Below, piece by piece: positions 29,800 to 41,450 of a stretch of DNA of 64,000 nucleotides. Position numbers and translations under genes: made by a program. This DNA comes from Leucoraja erinacea (Eukaryota). The notes beneath the pieces are model-generated. The model was not told the DNA's origin and made no database searches. It saw only the letters and a list, made by a program, of their open reading frames with translations. The stretch covers positions 108,314,001 to 108,378,000 of the forward strand of contig NC_073378.1 in assembly GCF_028641065.1 (NCBI RefSeq), written 5' to 3'. Each line of letters starts with the position of its first letter. The stretch's first letter is position 1.

Positions 29800-30380
29800 C
29801 CCCCTCCACTCCACTCCCCCATGAGCGCCCGGGACCGGGACTGGGTCTGCCCCGCACAAAGATGGCGGCCACTCCACTCCCCCATGAGCGCCCGGGACCG
29901 GGCCCGGGACTGCCCCACACAAAGATGGCGGCCGCTCCGGAGCTCCTTCAGGTCCGCGCGGCCCATCATTTCCGCCACGACGCCGGTGTGGGCGCGGAGC
30001 AGCGATGGCCGGCGACGTGGTGGGACTGACTCTGATACACGGTAATGATGCCCAGGCTCACAGTGGGGGCCGTGCATTGCCCACGGTGACTCTCCTTCCT
30101 GCTGCAGCAAGAGCTGCCGTTGCCGAGTGAGCACAGGGCGGCAGCAGCAGCAGCGCGTGGGCATGACCCGGGGACCCGGGGACCCCCAGCCCCAGCCCCA
30201 GGGCAACTCCAGCTCCAGCTCCTGCTCCAGCTAAAGCTCCAGCTCCTGCTCCTGCTCCTGCTCCTGCTCCAGCCCCAGGGCAGCTCAAGCTCAAGCTCCT
30301 GCTCCTGCTCCTGCTCCTGCTCCAGCTCCCGCACCCGGCACAGCTGCAACACTTCTGCAGCAGAGGGCGACTGGTGCAGA
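29800..30380 (+). promoter_or_regulatory. BAG1 CpG island with a 63-bp tandem duplication, each copy carrying a YY1 motif (AAGATGGCGGC)
   Basis: Units start at 29806 and 29869; (ctcctg)n-like low-complexity tract at about 30200-30330 in intron 1. Confidence 0.7.
30005..30041 (+). CDS. BAG1: BAG1 exon 1
   Basis: gcgATGG; [12 protein letters not shown](G)|gtaatg. Confidence 0.85.
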
Positions 30381-31112
30381 AACTAATCTGCATTTGAGGA
30401 GAGAGATGGAGGGGTACTCTGGGGAGGCTGAATGCTTAAAGGTGGTGTAAACACTGGGCATAAAGCCGTCCATCCATTTGTCGCCGATGGAATACTCGTC
30501 GTAAAATATAGGGACACGGGCAAAAATACACTTACACCTGTTCATTAAATGTCATTGTGTTTGCAATATATGGGAATTGTGCCGCAGAAATATACATTGC
30601 AAAATTAGTAAATGTGATAAGTAATAAAATGCAAAGATGTCTACTGATGTGGATGTGTGTGTTTCATTGTTAGGTAGTTCGAAACATAAGATCGAGATTG
30701 CAGCAGAACGGGAAGGCGGTGAGCCAACGCTACAGGACATGGCAGCAGTCATTGCGCAAGTTACCGGGGTACCCCAGCAATTGCAGAAACTGATCTGTAA
30801 AGGTCTGTGTGTTTTACTGGTAGGATGCACGGTGTATATGCTAACTTGCCTTGACCGTTGTCCCCTTGTTCTGTGTTTCCAAATTGGGCTGATCTGTGAA
30901 TTAATGATGAGGATATTCAGATATAATTGAGTGGATGGATGTTGTATACGTGGATTTCAGGAAGGCTTTTGATAAATGGCCTCATGGTAGGCTGTTGTAG
31001 ACGATGAAGATGTATGGGGTTCACGATGACGAAGACAGAGGGTTGTGATGGAAAGTTGCTATTGTGGCTGGAAGTCTGTGACCAGTGGAGTTCCACAGGG
31101 ATCTGCTGTTTA

Positions 31113-31158
<46 letters not shown>

Positions 31159-34100
31159 ACCTTGATGTAAATGTAGATGGGTTGGTTACTAAGTTTGCTG
31201 GTGACAAAATTGGAGGAGATGCAGACAGCGAGGAAGGCTATCAAAAGATACAGTGTGATATAGATCAGTAGCAGAAATGGGCGGAGAGGTTGAATGTAAG
31301 GAGAGAATATACAATAATGGCACCTTTAACAGCATTGATGTGCAGAAGGATCTTGGAGTCCAGGTTATAGCTCACTAAAGGTGGTAACACAAGTAGATAG
31401 GGTGGTAAAAAAGGCGGACGGTATGCTTGCCTTCATTGTTAAGGGTATTGAATATAATAGTCAAGAAGTCTTGATGCAGCTCTATAGGACTTTAGTTAAG
31501 CCGCATTTGGAATATTATGTGCAGTTTTTGTCGCCCTTTTACAGGAAAGATGTAGAAGCTTTTGGGTGCGTACAGAGGAAGTTTACCAAAATGCTGCCTG
31601 GATAAGAGGGTTTCAACTACAGGGAGGGACTGGATAGACTTGGATTGTTTTCTCTGGAACGTCAGAGGTTGAGGGGAGAAAAAAAAAACAAGGTCCACCA
31701 AGGTTCATGATTTGAGGAAGGACATTCTTGCTATTAAGGGAGTGCAGCGTAGGTTTACGAGGTTAATTCCCAGGATGGCGGGACTGTCGTATGCTGAGAG
31801 AATGGAGCGACTGGGCTTGTATACCCTGGAGTTTAGAAGGATAAGAGGGGATCCCATTGAAACATATAAGATTGTTAAGGGTTTGGACACGCTAGAGGCA
31901 GGAAACATGTTCCCGATGTTGGGGAAGTCCAGAACCAGGGGCCACAGTTTAAGAATAAGGGGTAAGCCATTTAGAACAGAGACGAGGAAACACTTTTTCT
32001 CACAGAGAATTGTGAGTCTGTGGAATTCTCTGCCTCAGAGGCCGGTTCTCTGGATACTTTCAAGAGAGAGTTAGATAGGGCTCTTAAAGATAGCGGAGTC
32101 AGGGGATATGGGGAGAAGGCAGGAGTGGGGTACTGATTGGGGATGATTAGCCATGATCACATTGAATGGCGGTGCTGGTTCGAAGGGCCAAATGGCCTAC
32201 TCCTGCACCTATTGTCTATTGTCTATTCACATTTATTTGTCACATGCACCAATTAAGGTACAGTGAAATTAGTTACCATGCATCCATATAATTAAATAGA
32301 ACACAACACACAATAGAATTTAACACAAACATCCACCATAGCATTCTTCACTGATGGAAGGTAATAAAGGTGAGTTGGTCTTCCTCCTTTGTTCACCCGT
32401 GGTCATGGACCTTGACCGTCTGTAGTCGCCGCTACGGAAAGCCCGATGTGCAAGCGTCTTGCCGGGATGATCGAAGCTCCGATGTAGGGACAGATCGAAC
32501 ACACTCCGCGGCTTTGAGTCTAATTCCATCTAATTTAATGCAGACTTCATTGATAGGCTGATTTTTCTTTAAAGCTGCAATGTGTTCAATGCGTTTTGAA
32601 CTCAAGCAGTCTTGATGTCGCTTGTAGTGGCCTGGTCCATTGGTTTGCAGATTACAAGTCTTCAAGTGCACATGCAATTACTTTCTAAACAGGGTAAGTG
32701 TTTCTATTGCTACCCTTTCTGCATAGCGTTTTGGACCACAACCACTTTCTAATGTTTAGAAGTTTACACGTTAAGATTTAAATTGTGTTCATAACACATT
32801 GCAGAGTAAGCACTCAATCCATCTTGCATTTTAGGCATGATAATATGAAACAAACTTGCTGGGGCGGGGTTGCAGGTGCCTCTCAGCTCCACTTCCCAAG
32901 TTTTATGTTTAGCTTCAATGTTAACTGTTGAGTTTGTGCATACTCCATGTAACTGTGTGTGTTTTTCTCATGTGCTTCAATTTCCTCTCATCCTGAAGAT
33001 GTGCTAGTTTATATCTTAATTGCCACTGTAAGTTACATTTTAGTTGGTGGCAAAATCATCAGAGAGAAGAGGTTCCAGGGAAATAAACACTGCTGTTTTC
33101 TACATGGTGAAACCAAAATGTATAAAAATAGCCTTTATTAAAATCTGACAATGTGCACTTTAACCACATGTGATTTTTTTTTTTCTATTACAAATCTCAA
33201 ATTGTGGAATACAGAGGCAAATAAATAAATGATGGGTCTTCGTCCCAAACATTATGGAGGGCACTGTATCCCAACATTTTACTGGATAGCTAACAAAAAT
33301 GACTTTTCACTCTGTCTGGACCACCAAATTGCCTCATGTCCCAAAACAAAATACTGCAGTTGCTGAAAATCTGGAATTAAAAATAGAAAATGCTGGAAAT
33401 ACTTGATAGATAGGTAAGGCGGAATTGGTTTACAGCGAATGGTTCATATGGTTCAGGTCATTGACTTTCCTCAACCTAAAAGATTAATCATATTTCTCCC
33501 TTCACAGATGTTGCCTGATAACATTTTCTCTGCATGTTCTGTTATTTCAAATCACTAGGCTGTACTTGATAAGATCATCCATCTTTTTGGAATACCATTC
33601 CTTTTATAATTCAAAGACACGCTGAATATTAATGCAGCACTGTAACAGACAGGGTGCCAAAGGCTTTTATATAATTCAAATATCACATGCAAATGATCAA
33701 CAAAATTGTTTCCTAAAATGTGTGAGTGGAAGTAACAACATTTTAATGTTTTTTTGTTTCTGTCATATAGGTAAATCTCTTAAAGAGATGGACCAACCAT
33801 TGTCAGTTCTTGGTGTTAAAAATGGCTGTAAAATAATGATGATTGGTAAAAAGGTACAAATCTATCTTTCTATGTTTCGTGGAATGTTTTCGAAAACCTT
33901 GCCTGCGATTTGACCGTATAATTTATGTATACCTATTTAAGGAAATGCTTTTTGATTTCTGTTCCTTCTTCTTTGTTTACCAGGGCTATCTTATTTGTTT
34001 TTGTCAGTATACACATGGAAACTATCTGATCTAATGCTCTAAGTTCATAAAGTGAACAAGGATAATCTAGAGTGACAAGGTCTGTGACTTCTTCCTATTG

Positions 34101-37100
34101 CCGTAGTGAAGCACAGCATCACTGAAAGTCCAACTTATCGACTCGCACAGTTATAATGTCCAATCCAATGGCTATATGTTGTACACAGTAACTGCGAGAA
34201 TTAATTAATAATTAACCCCATAATTTGTGCTCTATCTGGCATTTTATCCAGCTGAGAATCTATCATGCCCCTTTTTGGTGAGAAGTAAAGTGAAACAATG
34301 CTTTAAATAGTAAACAATTGGCGTACTTTCTTTCTACCATGAAACAAAGTTAGTTAATGCGTAGGTGCAGCAAACATTAAGAAGAGATAGGCAACGTTGT
34401 CTTTTATTGCAAGTGTGTTAACATTGAGTACAGGTTCAGGAAGTCTTGCTGAAAAGAGTATGTACTACTGTGCACAATTTAGTCACCATACCCAAGGAAT
34501 GCTACTCCTGGTGATGCAGCAGAGCTTTGCCAGATCCCTGGCATGAGGAGAAGTTTAGTGAGATTGGCCTATGTTGATTGGAGTTTAAAAAAATGTGAAA
34601 CAATCTCACTGAAATATATAGATTCTGAGAAGGTAAATGCTGGTATGTTGTTTCTGAGACATCTGGAACTGGAGGCAGAATTTCTAGACAAGAGATTTAT
34701 TATGTGGTAGAGGAAAGCGGACATATTTCTTTACTCAGTTGGGTTACTTTGAATATCCCTGCACCAGGGTTCTGTGGATATTCAGTCGTTGAATATTTGC
34801 AAAGTTGAGAGTGATATATTTTTGGACACTGAAACACTGAGGATTTTCGGGAATGTGGGTGTGAGTTAGAGGACACACTTGTTGGATCAAGTTAAGGAAC
34901 TGCATGGACAACTCCTGTTTCTTGTGTTCTACATGTCAGCTTATTCATCAATACAATTAATTTCTAAAATTGGATGTTTGATTTTCAGAATTTAAAAAGT
35001 ATCTCTTTTACAATCTATCAGGATGTTAAAACTTATTTTGATTAAAGAGCCAATGATACTACAAAGTCAACTTGTTTCTTTTACTGTGTCATTAAAGCTC
35101 CTGAAAGTGGTTTACATATTCTGATCTTCCTGCAACTCTTGTAAGTTCATGGTCACTAAATTAGTATTAATGGCAGGACAGGTTAATTTATTGACAAATA
35201 TGGTGTTTTGCTTTTGTTTATATGTAGCTCTTGGGCCTCTGAATGAGAAGGATACTATGTTGATTCAAATTTGTGGGGGTTTAGAAGGGCTCCATGTATG
35301 TGTGAAGGTGCAGGCAGTTATTTGGGTTTTGTTTTGTTATGGGATTCTATAGCTGGTGGAATGTACTTAAAAAAAATCAGTGAAAAGCAATGCTTAAGAA
35401 GAGCCTTGTTTTAATGGTTTTACTAGCAAGTTTATGAATGATAGAATCATTGTGATTGAAAGCTGGACACATGGATTAGCTGACTGAAATATTTTATTTA
35501 GTAGGTTTTATTCAGCTTGTTTGTGATAGCTTTCCCTTATGTTGATGCATTTTCTGGGCCATTATTTAGGCTGGCACTTCATGTCAGTATAAGAGGTGAA
35601 TTATTAAGATACCATCCCACAAATTAAATGATAAACTAGGGCCTAAAGTCTATTCTATTGTTTATAGGACAGTAAGAAAATTAATTTGGATAATAAAGAA
35701 ATTTGGGGCAATATTCTAACGTGGCCAAATTTCACCAAAAACAGATGTAGTTTTAATTTTATCAGAGTGTGTGTAACGTTTTACTTGAATGTGCATACAT
35801 AACAATTATATTTTTCTGAACGCACTATTTTTAGTTCTTCGAGTTTCAATGCTAAGTCCTTAATGAACTAGGCTGCCTGATTGGATTGTTTTCTCTGAAT
35901 TCACAGAACAGTCCAGAGGAAGAAGCTGAATTAAAGAAGTTAAAGGAGTTGGAAAAATCTATAGAACAGTTATCACGTAAGCTTGAAGAAATTAATGTGG
36001 AGCTGACAGGCATTCAGAATGTGAGCATATTTTTTTGCTTTCACCTTTTGGTATCTGAAAAGAAAATAATAAAACTGCTGTTATTTTGTTTCTAGTGTGC
36101 AAATAATTGCTTCCATATTTAGCTCACTAGCAGTGGTGTGAATACATGGTTAAAAGTTTCACTGCTTTTGGGAGCGGTATACAGACCTGAAAAGACACAT
36201 TGCTAGTCACTCAGCAGCATCTCGAGAGAACACGGTTCCTCCAGACTGAAGAAGCAGCCCGACCTGAGATATCATCTAACCTTCTTCTCCAGAGATGCTG
36301 CCTGACCTGATGAGTTACTCCAGCACTTTGTGTCCTTTTGTGCAAACCAGCATCTGCTGTTCCTTGTTTCTTCTGTATAATGACCTGGATTTATTAAACA
36401 ATTGAGCATTTTAGTGGAAAATTTACATTTGGGTAGATAACTATAGCTTAGTCAAAGAGCTTAATTTATAAGAATGTTTAAATAGGGGAGAAATGCTTTG
36501 AAAATCAGACCTTCAGGGCTGCAGAGCTGCAGAAAGCATTAAAAATAGTATGCTTATTTACCTCGGAGCCTAGTTGAAATACACAAGTAGATGAAGAAAC
36601 TTACACTTTTGATGCTGTTACCAAGGGAAGGTACGTAGATGAGAAAGAAATAAACTTATCAGCATAAGAAGAGAAGCTATGATTGGTTGCAAAATAAGTC
36701 AATAAACTGCTTGTACTTGTTGGTTTTGTAAGTGGAGGAGATGGGTTTAATGATGCATTTGCAGCTGAGCAAATATGGCATTATAAGTGTAAGTCAGGCT
36801 CAATATCCGGTAATATAGGTTCCCTACCATGGTCATGATACAGGGTCTGATGCCAAGTTCCTCCAGTAGTTTTGTTTTCGGTTTAGCATGTTATGTTGGA
36901 TGTTTAGGGGAAGAATGTTGAGTTGATATTTTTTATTCTCATGTCACCCAGGGGTTCCTAGCCCGTGATCTTCGATCTGCTGCATTAAGTAAATTAGAGA
37001 AGAAAGAGAAAAGCATAACCGAACAGTATATGAGGTTTCTTGAACAGATTGATGCTATGGTGGGTAAGAGTAATGACTGCATGTTAATGATTTGTCCATA

Positions 37101-40100
37101 TAATTGACCTTAGAAGGCAAATGTTGTTCAACTAAAAATGAGTGTTTCTCATTAGCTTAAATTATCTATTTTTCTATTTAAATCATTGTTTAAACTTTCA
37201 TTCAGACACTTGCTTTTGCGTTCAAATGGACAGGACTTTGATTAATTAGTTAGTTTTCAAGCATTTGTGACGGGAAAATGTTTGAGATGCTATGTCTGAG
37301 ATTGTGCTACAATTAACTATTCGCAGACTATAATTTTCTAGATTTTAGGTAAATAATTGTAGGTCTGATCATTGTTATTGTCTAGCTAAGTAGCATTTCT
37401 TTCTGTTTAAATAACATTTTTGCCTCCCTGAAATGTCCGTATTTTGGAAATTAATTTTATTGTAGATGTTTGACAAGAGAAATATAACTGATGTCAATTT
37501 AGTTAAATCATGCAGATTTATGTGGAAATTGTAATTATGTAACACAAAGGTGGTTTGGATTTGCAGAGGAAGAGTAAATTGTGCACATTTGGCATGGTTA
37601 AGTTATGTGCATGGGAACAGCAACCAGATAGTGGGAAAATTGAAAGACATCAAGGATTCTTGAAGGGCAAACTAAGTATTTTCTAAATGGTGAGAAATTA
37701 GGTGCTCTAGGGACCCATGATATTACATATTTACAAATTGGATCCAAAATCAACTAAGTAGTAAGTAATTATGGATGGAATTGGCATTCTCAAGGTTCGG
37801 CTAATAATCCAGAGATGTGTTCAAATCTCATCATGTCATCTTAAGAATTTACATTTAGTTAATTTATAAATGTTAAATAAAATGCTAGCATCAGTGTGAA
37901 ATTACTAGATTGTTGATTCAAAATCCACCTGGTTCACTGATGCACTATGTATAGACCCACAGTACTGTGGTTGATTCGGCTGATCTACCAAAGCAAACAG
38001 TTGTATCAAACTGCTGCAAGCAAGCAAGCAAGAAGGGGGCTCCCCACCAGCACATCAAGGCAAAAACAGATGGACAATAAATGCTGCCCCTTCCTATAAG
38101 AAAGCTGAAGGAATGTTGCCATCCATCTCCAGTGCTGGAATTCAAAACTGAGGAGGTAATACTAACCCTTCATTAGGACTCGTATAAACCAAAATAGGTA
38201 AATGGAGTTGAGGTACTCTATTTACCTATTCCATAATCTGGTAGACCGGTGAGAAGGGCTTGAGAACCTGAGGGTTTCCTTGATTATGATTTGTCTCCAT
38301 TTCAGTTCTATTCATGATCCTCAATTCCATTTATCAACAAACCATGTATTGTTGGGCATTATTTTCAGAGGACTAGTCTGCTATTACTTTTTTTTTCCAA
38401 TTTTTTTTTTTCCCAAACATTTAGTGCACTATGTGCAATAACATTTTAAAAGCAATAATGTGACTTTTTTTTAAGGAAGCCATCTTTCTTGGTACTAGAC
38501 AAACTGATTGTAATGAATCTCACTACTTATCTTTGGTTGATTGATATACAAATATACACAGTAATATAACTTGTATTTTACCCCAAAAGCTTTTGCTACA
38601 ATTGTAAATCTGGGATTGGTACTATGATTTTGTATGACTTTAAACTAAATACCATGCGTGTTGATTAAACATGAGATGGTGGAAGTTTCTTATAAATTAT
38701 GAAACTGATGGGCAATTTATAGCGAGGAAGGTTTTCTGAGGCTACAGCAGGATATAGATCAGATGGAAAGTTGGGCAAAGCAGTGGAAGATGGAATTTAA
38801 TGTTGACAAGTGGAAGGTGATTCTTTTGGCAAGTCAAAATTGGGGTAGGATATATACATGAATGGTACAGCACAACGGAAGGTTGATGAACAATGAGACA
38901 TACGGCTCGAAGGCAATAGTTCCCTGTCAGTGACAATACCAGTCAATAGGGTGGTGAAAGTGGCCAAGGGTGTGCTTGCCTTCACAGGTCAGGGGGCATA
39001 GAATATAAGAGTTGAGATGTTATGTTACAATTTTACAAGACTGGTTAGGCCATACTTGGAATTCTGTGTGCAATTATGATTGCCACATCGCCACCCTTTA
39101 GGAAGGATGTGATTGTGCTGGAGAGAGAGAGAGCAGAAGAGATTCACTAGGAAGTTGCCTGGATTGGAAGATTTTAGTTATGTGGAGAGATTGGGTAGGC
39201 TCGACTCTTTTTTTACTAGCAGTGTCAAAGGCTGGGGGTGGTGGAGATCCAGGAAATCTCTAAGGTAGGAGTTGATTTGTGTCATAACCAACCACCCGAC
39301 GCACCTCATCACAATGGACGTATGTGCGGCACGTTGGTAGTTGTTGAGGCACGTCACTTTGCTCTTCTTGGGTACTGATATTATGGATGTCCTTTCAATG
39401 CAGGTAGCAAGACAGAAGGATAGTCTCTATGAGGGCAAATAGAATTAGTGTAGATCAGCAAAAACGTAGGCTTGCACATGATGGGCTTAAGGGCTTATTT
39501 CTGTGCTGTACTGTACTGACATTAATAATGAACATATTGAGAAAATGATATTTGTATTAACTAGAGATTTTGTTTCATATGGATCAGTGCTGTTTTGATT
39601 CATTGTAGTTTGGAGGAACATAGATATGGATATAATCTCAGCAGATTTTACAAAAAACATATCAGATAGTCACAGTGAATTGGTCTCTTTTAGGAATGTC
39701 TAAACTACGCTTCATTTTTAAACGGGACGTGTGCAGTTTGATTTTTATTTCTTACAAATAAAATATTACATTTTTATGTTCAGAATTTGCCAGATGAATT
39801 TACTGACTGCAGGCACAGAAGAAAAGGTCTAGTGAAGAATATCCAGGTGAGATTTTCTTTTTGTATACTGAGTTTGTGGGTTTGTAATCCTAGTGTCAGG
39901 AATTTATAGTACAAGAAAAAAAGTTAGTTTGGTTTCTCAGCTTGTAAAAGGTGGATCCCAAGAGGTGATTATGGAAATAGATAAGAGTCAGGAAATTTTT
40001 AATTGAAAGATTAGAAAAAGAGAAAACTGCTTCAATTTAAATGATAAATTTAGAACTAATTCAGGAAATTTGAAAATCATGCAATGTGCTCAGATTTAGT

Positions 40101-40813
40101 AATGATAAAAATCCTGGAATAAGCAGCATTTACTTTTACCAACATCATCCATGTATCTGAATATCTCAGATTTCCTACTAAGGTACAGTATTTGATCTGG
40201 ATGGGAACAATTGTTAGCTATATTTCCCAAATCATGGCAGAAGAGATCTCTGGATTAGAGCATATTCAAATATTTAGTTAATAAAGTATGAGACCTGAGG
40301 AAATTTGATATTGCACTGGTTTCCCCAATACATCATACTCAATCGGATATTGCCGCTCATTCCATATAAGCAAATGGTGTCTTCATCCTACAACAGCCAC
40401 AACTGGATGACTATACAATTGTTCTGCTTAGCCAGCAGCCAAACGTGTTGCGGATAAATCTGTGCACTGTGTGCAATCTGGCATCAGAATGGGTTTGTGC
40501 CTTATAGACTTTCACATTTGTTGACTAATAAGAAATAGAATGAAACTCATTCATAATGTCATAGAAAAAACAAACAAACACAATAGCAAATTTCTACTGT
40601 TGGTATAGTAGCCAGCGCACAAAACTTTCAACATTTGGTCTTTTTTTTTAAAGTAACCAAAATAATGATGTTACCAAATTATTTTACTTTTATTGGTGAT
40701 GCATTAATTTGTTTTGGCAACAGACTCACTTGGCCCGGTGTGATGTCATTGAAACACACATCTCACAAGAAATGGAGAAACTTCAATCAAAGAATCTTGC
40801 TCTTGCTGACTGA
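30005..40813 (+). CDS. BAG1: BAG family molecular chaperone regulator 1 (ubiquitin-like + BAG domain), 7 exons, 207 aa
   Basis: Exons 30005-30041, 30674-30802, 33771-33853, 35907-36020, 36952-37059, 39784-39846 and 40724-40813 join in frame (624 nt): [21 protein letters not shown]...[18 protein letters not shown]...[16 protein letters not shown]...-GFLARDL...[28 protein letters not shown]...NLALAD*. AATAAA at 40911. Confidence 0.95.
30674..30802 (+). CDS. BAG1: BAG1 exon 2
   Basis: UBL domain; [28 protein letters not shown]. Confidence 0.93.
30915..32226 (+). mobile_element. Two adjacent CR1 fragments in BAG1 intron 2
   Basis: Older copy 30915-31680 with (TA)n; younger copy 31709-32226. Confidence 0.85.
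33103..33266. mobile_element. Tc1/mariner-like terminal fragment
   Basis: Ends in ...ggagggcactg|TA (CAGTG-type TIR with TA target). Confidence 0.5.
33771..33853 (+). CDS. BAG1: BAG1 exon 3
   Basis: [27 protein letters not shown]. Confidence 0.93.
35907..36020 (+). CDS. BAG1: BAG1 exon 4
   Basis: [38 protein letters not shown]. Confidence 0.93.
36952..37059 (+). CDS. BAG1: BAG1 exon 5
   Basis: [36 protein letters not shown]|gtgggt. Confidence 0.9.
39784..39846 (+). CDS. BAG1: BAG1 exon 6
   Basis: [21 protein letters not shown]|gtgaga. Confidence 0.93.
40724..40813 (+). CDS. BAG1: BAG1 exon 7 (stop)
   Basis: [29 protein letters not shown]. Confidence 0.92.
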   Translation, partial: THLARCDVIETHISQEMEKLQSKNLALAD

Positions 40814-41351
40814 CGTTTTGAAAATAATGCAGTTATAAGCCTGCCAATCTACAGAACCTAAATTATTTACAAACTGGTGTAAATAATAATTTGAAAGCAG
40901 GAAACTTTGCAATAAATGTAACCAACTACTTTCCTGGACAATAATCTGTGTCTATTCTAATTTTGTCTTCTATTCTGACTCCTTAGATTACTTCTGTTCC
41001 TGGGTTTATTGTAAAAAATATCTCTGTGCTAGTTATGTCCAATACCTGAACTCACGACCAAAGAAAATGTCACCATTGCTTTTATTGTAGCAGTATGTTA
41101 GTGTATACATATAGTAATTCAAAATACAATCTGCATTTAATAAAATATTTCATTTTATTAATTCATTTGTTCATTGATTTAAAATATGGTAAATAATCGA
41201 AATCACAATTATATGCTCATCTGAAACATTGGTACTTATTATTCATCCTGTAGAGTTGCCGTGCATCAGATTTTAATGGAGTGCCGGTTTGCACGTGTGC
41301 CTTCATTTGTGGTCTCCTAGTAGACACTATGGTTTGAGATGGTGGTTGACT

Positions 41352-41450
41352 TTACCAAGCAAGTCTGTAGCTGTGTGGAAATATCTTCTTGTGAAGATAT
41401 TCTACCATCTCCTTTTGGGTCTGCAGCTTGTCAAATTCATAGAATGGAAT
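41352..41450 (-). CDS. FASTKD3: FASTKD3 last exon (end of RAP domain)
   Basis: tccag|[32 protein letters not shown]. Confidence 0.9.
   Translation of the reverse strand: MPFYEFDKLQTQKEMVEYLHKKIFPHSYRLAW

Noticed and set aside
29857-29933. caaagat matches as further palindromic micro-elements
   Set aside because: They are part of YY1 motifs (caaagatggcggc), with no inverted arm and no TSD.
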